Assembly (NCBI GenBank): GCA_012295275.1
Contig: CM022670.1
Location: forward strand, 39,060,001 to 39,124,000
Direction of reading: 5' to 3'
Length of the DNA stretch: 64,000 nt
DNA from: Chrysomallon squamiferum
Taxonomy: Eukaryota; Animalia; Mollusca
Part shown: positions 1 through 15,408 of the stretch, piece by piece
Position numbering within the stretch: position 1 is the stretch's first letter
How the letters are laid out: each line of letters begins with the position of its first letter
Position numbers and translations under genes: made by a program
Notes under the pieces: generated by a model
The model's input: only the letters and a program-made list of their open reading frames with translations
Database searches by the model: none
What the model was told of the DNA's origin: nothing

Positions 1-448
1 TATAACTGTATATTTTTTTGGGATTTATCAGTGATGGGGAAAAATTAGTGGAGTATTCGATTATACGAGTAAAAGTAATAATAAACCGGGTACTTTCTGG
101 AACAGGAAAAAAACCCAGTATCAAATCAAGAACTGAGAGGAAAAAGGGGAAAACTGCAATAAACCGAGGCGTTATTGAAACAGTGAAAAAAACAAAAAAA
201 CAAATAATAACACTGAACCAAAGCCTGACACGAAAAAGGAGTCCCGGGTTAGAACGGGAAACAGAAATCCCGTGATCTAGAGAAGGAAATCAATCTTCCT
301 AACGTTAACACTTCAAGATGGACGCTATGCTTATCCATTAATTCCGCCTTGCGTCTCAGCTGTCAGCGCTTGATTACGCAAGACAACACGTGTGGAATTC
401 TGTGCGGCATGGATTCGAAATACGCCTGGTATGGCCATGCAACGTGCA

Positions 449-523
<75 letters not shown>

Positions 524-727
524 GTTTAACACGATATGCAGGAAAGTGAATCTGCGTTTTGACTCTTAACAGGTGGTCCCGAAGCACGGTTCAAGGTGTT
601 CGTTTGAAGACGAAGTATTTCTACTTCGCGTGTAGACGATCTCGGCTCGAGAAGTTTTGTTAAAATTAATGAAGCAACATCTGCAGGTAATCCGGCACAA
701 GCTTCTCGCGTGTTGCTCTATTTCGGG

Positions 728-779
<52 letters not shown>

Positions 780-1316
780 GCGGCGTGCACATGCACGTGG
801 CTTCCAGGACCAGATGATCAGAGAACAAATTTCAAAAAAAAAAAAATAAAAATAAAAATTACATTCCTTAACATGCTGCAGAGGATTATCAATTCCAGTG
901 AGAAGTTTTTTTTTTTTTTTTTTTTTGTGTGTTTTGCTACAACATCCAAAATATATATATATTTTTTTTTTAAAAAGTCTAAGTTCTGAACCAAACAGAT
1001 ATTTTTTTAAAAAGTCAGTTATATTCAGTTTCTTAGTAGAAACTTCTCTCTTAAAAGGAATCTTTAGCTGTATTTATAACTGCAAGAATATATAAGTATT
1101 ATTCTGGAATTTTTAAACCTATTTGCTGGTTACATAAAGATACTGACAATTTCTGATTGTGTGTACATACATATGTGTATATGTGTATGTGTGTGTGGTT
1201 GTGGGTGTGTGTTCGTGTGGGTGTGTGTTTGTGTGTGTGTCTGTGTGTCTGTGTCTGTGTGTGTGTGTGCATTTTACACACGAACAAATACTCAAAGACC
1301 CACTCATACCCACAAA

Positions 1317-1363
<47 letters not shown>

Positions 1364-1810
1364 TTCCTAACCCAAAACGCATGGCGGATAACCGGATTAC
1401 CTAAAGCACGTGCAGCGTGTGTGTGTGTGTAAATCGACACACTACCTGCACGGTCCTACAACATATCGCCTTACAGCATTACCTAGCGATCCGACCCGCA
1501 CAGTTCTACAACTTGGCTGTAGCTAGCTTAGTGTGTGTGTGTGTGTGTGTTGTGTGTGTGGGTTTAATACGTGACAGATTAATCCAGTCCGGATCAAGAG
1601 ATTAACCGTGTAGGAAAGGACCAGTCAGTTTTGTTGTAAGAGGAGGTGCACGAAGGCGATGTTTTAAACACGTGTTTGATGTGCCCTGGGGCTGCGTTGT
1701 CACTGTTGATTAGAGGGAGGGGCTAGGCGTGGCTGTCGCCACAGTTAAAAAGCGAAATCAGATCCGAGTCTTGAAACAGACTTAACTGAGACCACAGAAT
1801 TACACAAGGC

Positions 1811-2722
1811 GTTAAATATGTTAATGTACCGTGTTTTAAATATGTTAATATGCAGTGTTTTAAATATGTTAATATGCAGTGTTTTAAATATGTTAATATA
1901 TAGTGTTTTAAATATGTTAATATCCAGTGTTTTAAATAAGTTAATATACCGTGTTTTAAATACGTTAATATACAGTGTTTTAAATATGTTATTATACCGT
2001 GTTTTAAATATGATAATATACAGTGTTTTAAATATGTTAATATACAGTGTTTTAAATATACGTCAATATACAGTGTTTTAAATATGTTAATATACAGTGT
2101 TTTAAATACGTTAATATACAGTGTTTTAAATATGTTAATGTTATTATACAGCGTTTAAAAATGTTCATATAAAGTGTTATAAAAAGTTAACATACAGTGT
2201 TTAAAATAACTTAATATTACAATGTTTCAAATATGTTAATATGCAGTGTTTTAAATATGTTAATATACAGTGTTTTAAATATGTTAATATATAGTGTTTT
2301 AAATATGTTAATATACAGTGTTTTAAATATGTTAATATACAGTGTTTTAAATATGTTAATAATATACAGTGTTTTAAATATGTCAATGTACATTGTTTTA
2401 AATACTGTAATATACAGCGTTTAAATATATTAATAAAAAGTGTTATAAAAAAGTTAACATACAGTGTTTTAAATATGTTAATATATAGTGTTTTAAATGT
2501 TAATGTACAGTGTTTTAAATATGTTAATACACAGTGTTTTAAATACTGTAATATACAGCGTTTAAATATATTAATATAAAGTGTTATAAAAAAGTTAACA
2601 TACAGTGTTTTAAATAAGTTAATACACAGTATTTTAAATATGTTAATATATCTTGTTTTAAATATGTTAATGTATATTGTTTTAAATATGTTAATATATA
2701 TTGTTTTAAATATGTTAATATA
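1811..2722. repeat. 24-bp minisatellite (TTTTAAATATGTTAATATACAGTG)n
   Basis: Visible tandem array; produces the SVLNMLIY/LTYLKHCI pseudo-ORFs. Confidence 0.95.
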
Positions 2723-3578
2723 TATATCATAACAAAATTATGAATAAAGTAAGAAAAACATATCAGGAAAGATAAAAATGATACAGATTTCATAACAATT
2801 AAGAAGCGAAAGTCGAACTAGTTCTAGAGCAAACGTTATACATACATAACAGTTGTATAATTCTAATATTTTAAATATGCTAATATGTCACAGTGTGAAT
2901 AAAGAAAGAAAAATACAAAAAGAAAAAAAGAAGAAAAAGAAAGAAAAATAAATAAAGAAAGAATTCATGACAATTAAGAAGTGAAGTTTGATTTGAGTTT
3001 TAAAACAGACTTAATAGAGACGACATAATTAAACAGATCTAATATTTTAATTATTCTAATGCGTTACAATATGAACAAACCCCTTAAAAAAAAAAAAAAA
3101 AAAAAAAATAAAATGAAGAAGAAAGGAATTTTAAAATATTAAAAAAAAACTGCCTAAAAGGAAAATAAACAAATTAAGAAAATAAAGAAAGAAAGGAACA
3201 GTCGTGAAAAAGAGAGAACGAAGAAAGAAATAAAAAATGAATCAAAGATCGAAAATCAAAATAATAAACGGAAGGGGCTGGAGTGAAAGAATGAATAAAG
3301 AAAGAAAGAAAACACGAATTTATATATAAAAAAAAAAACAAAAAAAAAAAAAGAAACAAAGATAAAGAAATAAACTTTTTGTCTGCAGAACAAGCTATAA
3401 TGGCCTGAGTAAGACTTGCACAACTGAAGCATGCACTTCTGTAGATAATGCGATTGTATACTTGTGTACATTTTGTTAACACGCACAAACTTCGCAGTGA
3501 CAAGCTTTTTCCCTTGTTGCTTTTTCCTTTTTCGTGTTCAGAGAGTTTAAGAACAGTTTTCATACCAAAAAACCCCCC

Positions 3579-3609
<31 letters not shown>

Positions 3610-3917
3610 GAAAAAAAAATTATATGTTAATTAATCAAGCGAAGTAATGATTTTATTACACTATGTATTTTGTAGGTTAATTTCCCAGCTTTTATTATTT
3701 ATAATTATGCTTTGTTATCTCTTATCTCAGTGAATCTAATTATATTAATAATGGCGAGGCTCCAGTTACACCCACAATTAATATCTGTGTAATTATAATG
3801 TATGTGTCCGTGCTAAAATAAAAAAAAAAAAAAAAAAAACAATTAAAAAAAACAATAAATAGACATTATAATTATCCATGATTGATGCGTATTTTTTTTT
3901 ATGCAGAGATTATCTGT

Positions 3918-3949
<32 letters not shown>

Positions 3950-4383
3950 TACATAAAAGAAAAATGTTTATAAACTTTAATCGTTGAAAAAAATATATTT
4001 AAAAACAAACTACAGTGTGTTCACGAAACACAGATAATCAGAATAAACTGCTTTGTTTAATTTACTTATTACCTATATGTAGCAAACAGTTTAATGTTTC
4101 TCTGTTTCAAGATTACACATTTCATATTGTTCCTGCAATTCTTTTTCTTTTCTATTGTTTTTTTTCTCTTTGAAAACAGACAGTTTTATAAAGACGCGTT
4201 ATTCTTAAACGACAAACAAGTGTGAAAATATTTTTGACGTTTGCTCCGAAAACTCGCCAACTGAGTTAATATTTTCTATTTGAATTTTAAAATATAAACA
4301 CATACGTGAAAAGATAAAAAAAAAAAAAAAAAAAAAAACTATAAATACTGTATACAAATAGAGAGGTAAATACAAACGTTATT

Positions 4384-4415
<32 letters not shown>

Positions 4416-4681
4416 ACGGTTCATAATGATATTTACATATCACCCACTTTACGAGGATAAAAACAATGTATATAGAAATCAAACAGATAATGTTTACCAA
4501 ACAAAGACATTAAAGTCATGTTGGAAATCTTCGTTCCTCGAATTCTGTTTGAGGTAAAACATTAATGCACAATGTCGAGGGGCTTTAGATGAAAGAGCGG
4601 GTTTCCTTTGACGTTTGTTAGCTAAATCGACCCAAGCGTTTTACTAAATGCTACACAATCAGATCTCGAATGGTTACCATT

Positions 4682-4695
4682 GTTTCCATAGCAAC
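4682..4695. promoter_or_regulatory. RFX X-box (GTTTCCATAGCAAC)
   Basis: Full 14-bp match to GTNRCC/GTTNCC-AT-RGYAAC type consensus, with an adjacent half-site GGTTACCAT, inside a CpG-rich intronic island. Confidence 0.5.
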
Positions 4696-4872
4696 GAAGA
4701 GTGGCGGCGAAGGTAAACGTGTTTTCTGATTTGTTAAAAAATAAATTTATGTATTTTTTTCATGCGCTATGAGGTTTTTTTTTTTATTATTTTTTTTTTA
4801 TTATTATTAACTTCTTTTAACACTAATTTTATTTTAATTTAATTTATTTAAAATTTAAAATAATAATAATAA

Positions 4873-4903
<31 letters not shown>

Positions 4904-5175
4904 CAAAAAACATCTTGTCTTCCAGAACACAGAAATAAATTGTAATACAGTTTTCCCCACCAACAGCACACACAGGTAGAGTTAGTAAAAAAAAAAATAA
5001 AAACAAATTAATTAAAAATATCGTATGTTTAAAGCGAAATAAAATGCATTAAGTTTTAGAAGCAAACATAAATCATATTCCTTTCATGCCATTCATTATT
5101 TCCAATTTCCAGTAACACACACTCACACCAAGAGACTGAAAGAAAGATGTAGTGTGTTGGAAGGATCGGAAACAG

Positions 5176-5231
<56 letters not shown>

Positions 5232-5243
5232 CAGAGGGAGAGG

Positions 5244-5340
<97 letters not shown>

Positions 5341-6062
5341 CGTGATACACTTTCCTGAGTAATGAAATGTATTTCACTTATTTATTTTCTTATTATTTTA
5401 ATTATATCAGTCAAAGTCGAAAAAAGGTCTAAATTAAACAAAATACACCGACAAGAATTAACAATAACAAAACCCAGTCACTAATTTCTAAGTGAAATAA
5501 GCAATCATTTTACTTCCACGCATTTGTCTTCTTTTGGAACCAGTTTATTTATTTTTCCATACCAGAACACGCATCAACCGTAACTACGACATCACCACCA
5601 CCACTACCACTACCAACACTACCACCACCATCACCGCGTTATCATTTCAGAAACGGTAACGTCGTGAATGACGTTGCATTAATTCGGAATGTCGACGTGG
5701 AGTGTCTTGCTGATGACGTACCGGCGTCGAAAGGCCTCGGCGGTAAAATAAACACTGTAATTCGCTTGGCGAATCTTTCAGCGAAATGCGAATTATAAAG
5801 ACGCGTGTAGATGTGTCTATTTATTTTCTTTTGTTGCGTGGTTAATCATTTTCGACGTTCACGTACGTATTTAGCCTCATCACGTGAAGACGGTGACAGA
5901 GCAGAGACGGATGGAGCCACGTGACAATTATGTCAGAAACTCCGAAATCACGAAAAGGGTTAATTTGTGGAAAATGTTTTGCTTCTTGCTGTTCCTCTAA
6001 CGCGTGCACCCACCAACCCGCTACTCCCTTCATCATCAGCAGCAGCAGCAAAGTAGTTACCG

Positions 6063-6203
6063 TTTCACTGTTTTAGACAGCATCGTTTATAATTGTGTAA
6101 CAGAAGCTGTTACCAGTACTGTGGTTTTGTAATAAACAGCTACAGTAATAATAATAATAATAATAACAGTGAAGATAGTATTACTGATGCCTTTGTCAAT
6201 AAT
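6063..6203 (+). repeat. Dispersed repeat, copy 1 of 2
   Basis: TTTCACTG-TTTAGACAGCATCGTTTATAATTG...GAAGATA.TATTAC.GATGCC.TTGTCAATAAT recurs at 28989-29120. Confidence 0.85.
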
Positions 6204-6219
6204 AGTAGTAATAACAGTA

Positions 6220-6306
<87 letters not shown>

Positions 6307-6481
6307 GTAATTACGATGACGAATATAATAATTGAATATAATAACTGTATGTAATAATTTCTAGAAAGGTAACGCTAACAGTCAACTTGTGATGTCTTGT
6401 CAATCCAACATCTAGAAAAACGTCGAGAAACAAGAGGTATATTTTATATGTATATCTATGTAGAGAAAGATAGATAGAGAT

Positions 6482-6573
<92 letters not shown>

Positions 6574-6856
6574 GGATAGATAGATTGTACAGTGATTATT
6601 ATATTATCCTTTATAATGCTTTTAACATTTTTTATGGCCCTTACAAACTGAAAGTAATTATTGGGAAATGAAAAACACATGCCCCAAAAAAACAAAAACA
6701 AAATTAATAAAAGGGAAAAAGATTGTATACAATTTTACATTCTACCTGACTGTTTATTTTGTAACTCGGGTTTTCTTATAAATATTATTATAATCATCGT
6801 CATCGTCATTATTATAGTCATCATTATCATTATTATTATTGCTGTTGTTGCTGTTG

Positions 6857-6926
<70 letters not shown>

Positions 6927-7678
6927 GATTAGTATTATTATTATTATTATTAATGTCTCTCCTGACAAATAAAGAAATCCTTTTACCACTCTCCAAGATG
7001 TTTTATGAAAGACAACGACTTGTAGTTTTATGTTTGTAGATTCTTACACCGATACCTAAGTTTTAAAATAACAAAAATACTTTAAAAGAATTCCTAAAAC
7101 ACACAGATAACAATGTAGTCCAAATATAAACCATTATCTCTGAACGAAGAACACAAACTTACAGAACAGCTATTGTTTTCTGTTGTGCGGTTCTTCAGAA
7201 ATATAATTACAGATACAGAATAAATCGTTTAGAAACTGTTATAGAGGCACAATGACTCTGTATAATATAGGATAAAACTGACTTAGTTACTGAATAACGC
7301 TTTTGGAAATATAATATTTATTCTTTTAATAATAGAATGTTTGATTGGAATATTACTGACCATTATAGAAGTTGAAAAAAAAAAAGAAGTACCTTTTAGC
7401 TGGAATAAAAATTTGCCTCATCTAGGGTTTGTATAATGTGTGTGATAGTGTTGTGTGCGCGCATGCGTGCGTGCGTGCGTGTATGTGTGCGTGTGCGTGT
7501 GTGTTTTGGCATTTTACGTGCCGGTGTGCTTTTTATAATAAATTATGTTGTATGTTATTATTGTCCTTCCTTTACTCTGGAATGTGTGTTCTTATGCTTT
7601 TTGTAAAATAGCATATTTAAACATTATCCAATATATACATATAACCCACTTAAGACTTTGTGGCTCTAATCCCTCCAG

Positions 7679-7798
<120 letters not shown>

Positions 7799-8429
7799 AG
7801 AACTCCCCGGATACTACCTCCATAAATTACATATAATCACTAAAATTTTTTAAAACATTCTGTATGATGTATAAGTGCAGAGAGAGAAAGAGAGATACAA
7901 ATCACTTGTTAGAACGGTACGAGTACATACATTCTGAGTTCACATAGAATTTCGTTTCAGCGCGTACGTACACGCACGTACTGACTGTACCCTTTTTTCT
8001 GTCTGCTGCCAGCTGTCATCAATCATCATTTATTATCTCATCTGCTCTCCCAGCGAGAGATCGGACGTCGTGTAGTCGTGATAAAACACCGCCACCGCTT
8101 CGAATGATGCCGTTCTCACCTTTTCTCTCGCTTGTCTCGTTGACGTTTTGCTTGCACAAACATCTCACAAAAAAAAAAAAAAACAAAAAAAAACAACCCC
8201 AGCACGACGGGAGTGAGCGAGTGCGGTTATTAAAGTTTGTTTTAAATCACGAAGGTACAAGTTATAAAATTAATTTAACTCTCAAGAGTACAGCTGAACA
8301 AGCTGTACGATGTAAGAACCACGATATGTGTACATGGCAGGATTTTGTAAAAAAGTTACTTGAAAAAAAAAATTAAGTTTCAATGTAGTCACACTACAGT
8401 TACACGCAAAGCATACCGTTACATGTAAA

Positions 8430-9240
8430 TTATATTTATAAAACTCTGATCTACATTATGCAGTTATAAAAATTATATATATTTAACTCAGTATATAGTA
8501 ATACAACTCTAACCTACGCGCAAGTTATAAAAATTATGTTTAATTCAAGATATAATAATAAAACTCTAATATCCTACATCGTAGTTATAAAAATTACGTT
8601 TAACTCAGTATATAGTAATAAAACTATAATCTACTCGCTAGTTATAAAAGTTAGGTTTAACGCAAGATATAATAATAAAACTCTAATAACCTACGTGATA
8701 GTTGTAAAAATTACGTTTAACTAAAGATATAGCAATAAAACTCCAACCTACGCGCTAGTTACACAAATTACGTTTAACTCAAGATGTAGCAATGAAACTG
8801 TAACCTACGCGCTAGTTACACAAATTACGTTTCAACTAATAAAACTACAACCTACGCGCTAGTTACACAAATTTCGTTTCAACTAATAAAACTCTAACCT
8901 ATACGCTAGTTGCTATACACGTTTACTTCAAATTACAATCCTAAAAATTCAGACCTACGCGGTTAGATACCTTTAATCCAAAGTACAGTCGTAAAAATCT
9001 AACTCACACGCTCCATTTGTAAAGCTTAAATGCGTTTAACTCAAGGTAGGTTTACAAGACACTGACCTACACGCTACATTTATTGAAGTTGCCTACGTTT
9101 AAGTCAACGTACGGTTACACAAAACTTTGACCTGCGCGCTGCAACAGTTCTGCAGTTTAACACAAAAAGCTCGGATTCTAATCAGTACGCTGCAGTTACG
9201 TTCGTTTAACCACAAAACTGTAACCTACGCACTACAGTTG
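8430..9240. repeat. Degenerate tandem repeat, ~40-60 bp units with core AAAACTCTAACCTACGCGCTAGTTA...TACGTTTAACT
   Basis: Recurring ACCTACGCGCTA / CGTTTAACT motifs with increasing divergence rightwards. Confidence 0.8.
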
Positions 9241-9423
9241 TAGAATTCACAGGAGTGTATCTGGTGTTGTTTTTGAAAAATCAAAAAAGATTACGAGTTA
9301 TTGATACACTTTAATTTTAACTGAAGAAGTACGGTTATAATGAATATGACACAAAAAAAAACACAGGTGTTAAAAGAAGAAGAAGAAAATGAAACACGGT
9401 TTATTGACTGTAAACAATGTTAA

Positions 9424-9461
<38 letters not shown>

Positions 9462-10873
9462 AATGTAATAATAACTTATATGGCTCTAATTAGTAATGGC
9501 ATGTATAAATTTTAAAAAAAAAAAAAAAAAGAAAGAAAGAGAGAAATTTTAAAATCAAAAGATACATTAAATTTACGAAAACCTAATTAAACTAAAACTT
9601 TCAAACCGATTTCTTATTAACCATATGCATACAAAAAAAACACAATGACTGTTTAATTTACTGGATGCAGACAAGAAAATGGCACGATCTCAAAACGATG
9701 ATTTTCATTGTTTTATAACAGCAGCATGACTAACCAAAAGCGAAAAGTTGTAAGATAATGACTAAGATCTAGGAAACACAAACTTGATCCGTTATGGATG
9801 GAGCGGCTCATTTCGTATAAGCCAAGGAAAAGAATTTCTGAATGATAACTTTGTCATTTTAAAACAGAATAATGTTTATATATATATATTAATATTCCGT
9901 TTCTAGTTAGTGTCGTTTATTAAGTTATTATTTCAAGTTAAATGCTGGATCGGTTTTTAAGCAGTGGTATGGAAAATAAGGAAGACGATCGTCGAGATGA
10001 ACTATTTTAGATGTACAAACAAATAAATGTTATCTTGTACCATTGTGTGAGAATGTATTCATGGGTACGTTCTGTATGTTCATTGCTTTTTCCTGTTTTT
10101 GTTTTTTTGTGTGTGTTTGTGGGTAAACAGACTCCCTAATTTGCAATCTTCGAGTTATATAATAATTGTATTACTGCAGTAATCTGGATTGTTATGAAAT
10201 CTGCGTGATTTACGTCTGTAGCATACTGTTACACAACAGACTCACACACGCACAGCACACACGCACGCACGCACGCACACACATCTATCTATAATAATAA
10301 AGCAACATTAATAATTTAAACAATTCCTGATAAATCCTTTATATTTTCGAACTAAAAGATAAACTAAACTATCTGTAGGAAATTGTTTATCTTTCTTTCT
10401 AGCAGACGAAAAGTAAAAAAATAAATAATAAAAATGTAATAAAAATAAAATAAATGAATAAAAATACTAATAATTGAATTATATATTTTAAATATGTTTC
10501 ACTGTAATTTTATTTTATATTGTCACGTGTTTATACATCTATGTCTGTCATTTCAAAAAAGACAGAGAACGTCCAACAAATAGAAGAAAAAAAATAAAAC
10601 TGAATATAATAATTAAGTAACTATATCAAACAAATAGTAATCACTGTACGGGACCAGTGTTAAATTTAACTTCTGAATACTTATAATACACAAACTGTAT
10701 ACAAAAGGTATAAAGACAATAAGAGTTTCAAAAACAATAATTCAAAGTCGCTTTACACAAAGTATGAGAGCTTTCGCGATAAGCCGTTTGTACAGTACAT
10801 GCTTGTTGAAACAAATTAATTTCTTACAATTCTTCTTTTATAGTTGCATATAAATGCTTATATGTATGTGTAT

Positions 10874-10977
<104 letters not shown>

Positions 10978-11521
10978 AATCGAGTAATAAATGCTTAATA
11001 TACAAGAAATTCTCGCTGATAAGAGATTCCAGTAAATATACCTACAAAAACACATACATATTGACAAAAATGATAAAAATGCGCGCACACGTAGATGTTC
11101 TCTCGTAATAAAGTAATAAATTTTATAAAAATATTTAGATCTTTCATCTTTCAAATGTTCGTCACATAATACTCTTCATTTTAAGATTTATTATCTGATA
11201 TATGTTTTGTTTCCAAAGTTCAAAAATGTTTTGTATATTTATTACCATTTATCCAAATATTTCTTTAGTTATAGTTTGCAGTCATGTTCCAAAACAGACG
11301 AAATTTAAATGTGTTATAGATTTTCTCTTGTCTGTTTTGAAAATTATCCACATGTATTTTATTTTTATAACCTTTTCATTTTATTTTATTTCATTTCATT
11401 TCAATTCATTTTATTATTATATTTTAATATAAATCTTTTTTATTTTGTTCCTTATCTATTGAACTTTATGGCATTTTCGTAAACTTCAAAATTATTATCA
11501 TTATCATCATTATCATCATCA

Positions 11522-11586
<65 letters not shown>

Positions 11587-13191
11587 ATTATTAATATTTT
11601 TATAATGTAAACTGAATTAATAAAAACATTGCTTTGTTACTTTTTATTTCATTTATATTATTATTTTTTTTTTTTTTATTTACTTATTATTATTATTATT
11701 ATCATCATTGTCATTATCATTTTTATTCGTAGTAGTAGTAGCAGCAACAAATGCATTAGCAGCAGTAATATAATAGTAGTTGTAGTAGTAGTCGTAGTAG
11801 TAGTAGTAGTAGTAATAGATATTGTAATTATATAAAAATTACGGAAATACAAAAGAGTAGAAAATAACATATTATAAAACACTGTTTAATAAATATTATG
11901 TATAATTCCTTGTTACATAACTATTTTTATACTTATTTTTAGAATCGTTCAAATTAGTAATCTTACGATACCTTTTTTTAATATATTAAAAGAAAATATA
12001 TCTTTATTATAAGTAATAACAAATGTTTTTAAAATCTCTTCCTTACTTTCAAGACTTAGATTAAGAATATCTTCCCCAAACCCCTGATTTATTTAATACC
12101 AAAGAAATAAAAAAAAGCGTTAATCATAGTTGAAAATCCCATTTTAACCTGCAATAATATTAAACGCGCTTTTGCCAAACCATAAAGTTCTAAAAGATTT
12201 TTAACTTAAATATACTATAATTATTACGCACTAGGGCGCAATGCGTAACTTTCATGTTTATAATATTTTCGACCGTAATGAATAATAATAATAAAAAAAT
12301 AATAAAAACAAACTCACAGCTAAAATCATTAAACGAAAATCTCAACACGACATTTATGTGTTGTTGCACCTGTAAAAATGTATATAAAAGAAAACTTGTA
12401 AGTTATGTTTTGTCAAATGCAACGCATACGTCTGTTTGTGTTTTGTTTGCAATAATATCTAATTCGCGACGTTTATCTTGAATAACGTCGACTCAAAACA
12501 AACACAGGAGGTAACGTTTGGAATGCGAAGAACGACAACCTGTTCGATTTGTCGAAATGTTGCCGTACCTTAAAGACTGCGGTAAAACTCATGGGTGTCG
12601 CATTGCGTGCGTTAAACTGCAAAATGTGGATGACTGCAGTTAGGAATAAGTAAAATCCAAAAACTTCCTGTAAGTGATTTTTTTAAATCTCGTATTTAAC
12701 GAATTATTGGATAATTTATATAAAAAGGAAGTCGTCTTTTTGTTTGTTATTTAATTATAAAATAATAACGATTAATGAATATGTAAGAAATAAAAAAATA
12801 AAAAATGATGATAATAAAAAATAATTACATTTGTTTTTTGGGTTTTGGGGGTTTGTTTTTGGATTACGTCCCTAATGGAGTCATAAAATTTAATGATTTT
12901 AATTATAAACTAAAACGATTTAATCTTTAATAATGAAAAAAAAAAAAAATAATAATAATAATAATTATAATAAATAAATAAATAAATTTACTTACCTGTT
13001 ATTTTAATTAATACCTACATTTATTACAATCACTAAAATATAACAGTAGTAAAAACATCATCTAGCAATATTTAAGAAAACTGAAAAAAAAAAAAAAAAA
13101 AAAAACAAAAAGCAACACAAAAAAAATAACACAAAAAAAAAAACAAAAATAACACACAAAAAAAAAAAACACAGAACACACGGTCACTCAC

Positions 13192-13341
13192 CGACGGGTA
13201 GGTGTCATACACGGGACAGCGGTCGGGCGGGCCGTGGGCTCCCCCGGGTCCCATTCCGTGGGGGTTGCCGTGGTGGGGCATGCCGTGGGGCTGCGGCCGG
13301 TGGTAGAGCGCCTCCTGGTGAGTATCCCTGATGTACATCAT
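13192..13341 (-). CDS. First coding exon (50 aa, His/Pro/Gly-rich) of a gene continuing beyond the left edge; possibly Nuclear Factor I (unproven)
   Basis: Most GC-rich island in the window; MMYIRDTHQEALYHRPQPHGMPHHGNPHGMGPGGAHGPPDRCPVYDTYPS followed by TCG|gtgagt (phase 0); no downstream exon recognised in 1-13185. Confidence 0.75.
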
Positions 13342-13600
13342 GTCCCCAGAACGTGTGTGTGGCCGGTGGGGGGACCGTGTGCATGTCGTCAGCGTCTCGC
13401 GCAGCAGAGGTAGTCACTCCGCGCGTTGCCGTCTGCGAGTGAACAGGCGCGCATCAAACACGCTGTGATTGGTGCTCGCGCGAAGGAAGACGCCACACAG
13501 ACGAGAGAAGATGTGTACTGAGCAGACGACGGTCGGTCGGAGCACGACTCGAACACGTAGCAACAACCACGTAGTAACAACCACACACACACAGAGATAG
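13342..13600 (-). promoter_or_regulatory. CpG-rich proximal promoter and 5' UTR of the 13341 exon
   Basis: Dense CpG; CCAAT box (GCACCAATCAC on minus, ~13465-13475). Confidence 0.55.
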
Positions 13601-15365
13601 ACTCTCGTTTTTAAAAACAAACCACTAATCACATCCCCACGAATCCTTAATACTTCTTCTTTCAAAAAGACTATTTTTGACTATTATTATTATTATTATT
13701 ATTCCTTTTTTTTTTTTTTTTTTTTAACAAAAACAGATTTTTTCGAGGGGAGAATACGTTAACGAATTTTTAAATCCAAACCGAACTTAACAAACCCTCG
13801 ATTTAAGCAAAAAAAAAAAAAAAAAACAAAAAAATATTTGTTACAGCGAAAACACAAATAAATCCACTGTTACACACACTCCTTTTGGTATTGTTCTTGT
13901 TGTTGTTCTTTTTTTTTTTTGTTTTTTTTAACAAAACCACTCTTTACTCCAGCCTGTTACTTATTACAACGTACAAACTACACCTACTGCTAAGGTGTAC
14001 TGCCAGACCGACACTGGCTTCTTACGTGGTAACTTTTCTATCATATAACTCTTCTTCTTCTTTTTCTTCTTTTTTTTTTTCTCTTCAAGAGTTTTGGCTG
14101 AGAGAGAAAAAGACAGAGAGAGAGAGAGATGACTGTTTAGTAGAAAAATCACGGAATTTCGCCAGTTTCAGGTCTGGTCGAGAGACAAAAGTTGTACATG
14201 TACACTCTCTTGCACGTCGAATATGTTGTGAGGTTACAGTCCAATATAGCGGGCACCGTGCCACAAGAATTTACTCAGCTTATGTATACTATACAACCTA
14301 TGTTATTATTCCTTCCATCTCCAAATGATTTTGGCTAGCACGCCATAAACGAATTTCTTCTTATCCTGTTCACAGTTCAGTAGAGAGATGTATCTTTGTG
14401 GATGTTTCCAGTCATACAGCAGCTGTTTGCGACACATATATACGTACGTAAGAACATATATACATACATAATTATATACAAACATACATATATACATACT
14501 TACGTACTGTACGTACAGACATACATACGTAATTGTATACATATATACATACATACTTACGTACGTGTTCGTACATACGAACAAAATTACTTACATACGT
14601 ACATACATTCATACATATATATATATACATATAAAACATACATAATTATATACATACGTATATAAATTATACATACACATAAACAAATACAAATATATAT
14701 ATACATATTTACATATACAAAACACAAAAAAAGGCACGCGTTTTTACTGTCCTTTCTTCCTTTCTTTCTTTTTATAATAATAATAATAATAACAAAGACA
14801 ACAACAACAATAATTATAACAGTAATAATAATAATAACATCAGTAACAACGATAAGAATCATAAAATTATTATTATTATCATGTTTATTGCTCTTGTTTG
14901 GTTTTTTTATTTGTTTTTGTTGTTGTTGTTTTTTGTCTGATTTGGATGCGATTTTCCCCCCCACTTACAAATAATAACTTTTTTTTGTTTCCTTTTCTTT
15001 AAGTTAAATTTTAGTATTTTTAATTATTTATTTTTATTTTGGATGCTTTAAAATTTTTGATTTATTCTAATTTTTTTATTTTTTATTTGTATTTATTTAT
15101 TTTGGATTTTGAATTTTTAAATATATTCTGGTCAGTTTTGTTACCCTTTTGCGTTGCAGTTGTTTTGTTTTTTTCATATGGTTTGTTTATCAGGCTAATT
15201 TATTTTTTATTTATATTATTTTATTTTATTTTATTTATTTTATTGTATTTTATTATTATTATTTTATTTTTTACATTTAATTTATTTTTTATTATTTCAT
15301 TTCATTTCATTTATTTTATTTTATGTTATGTTATGTTTTGTTATGTTATGTTATTTAATTTATTA

Positions 15366-15408
<43 letters not shown>

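Noticed and set aside
18-275. 85-aa basic ORF at the left edge
   Set aside because: TTG start, composition driven by A-runs, no recognisable domain, and antisense to the inferred intron.
1158-1357. (TG)-rich tract followed by (CA)n, able to form a hairpin
   Set aside because: Expected by chance given the very high density of both microsatellite orientations.
1818-2793. Repetitive ORFs SVLNMLIY / LTYLKHCI
   Set aside because: Products of the 24-bp tandem repeat, open on both strands only because the unit length is a multiple of three.
14250-14346. NFI-like palindromes (CGGGC-N5-GCCAC; TTGGC-N6-GCCAT) suggesting autoregulation
   Set aside because: Only partial matches or wrong spacing relative to TTGGC-N5-GCCAA, and the argument depends on the unproven NFI identity.
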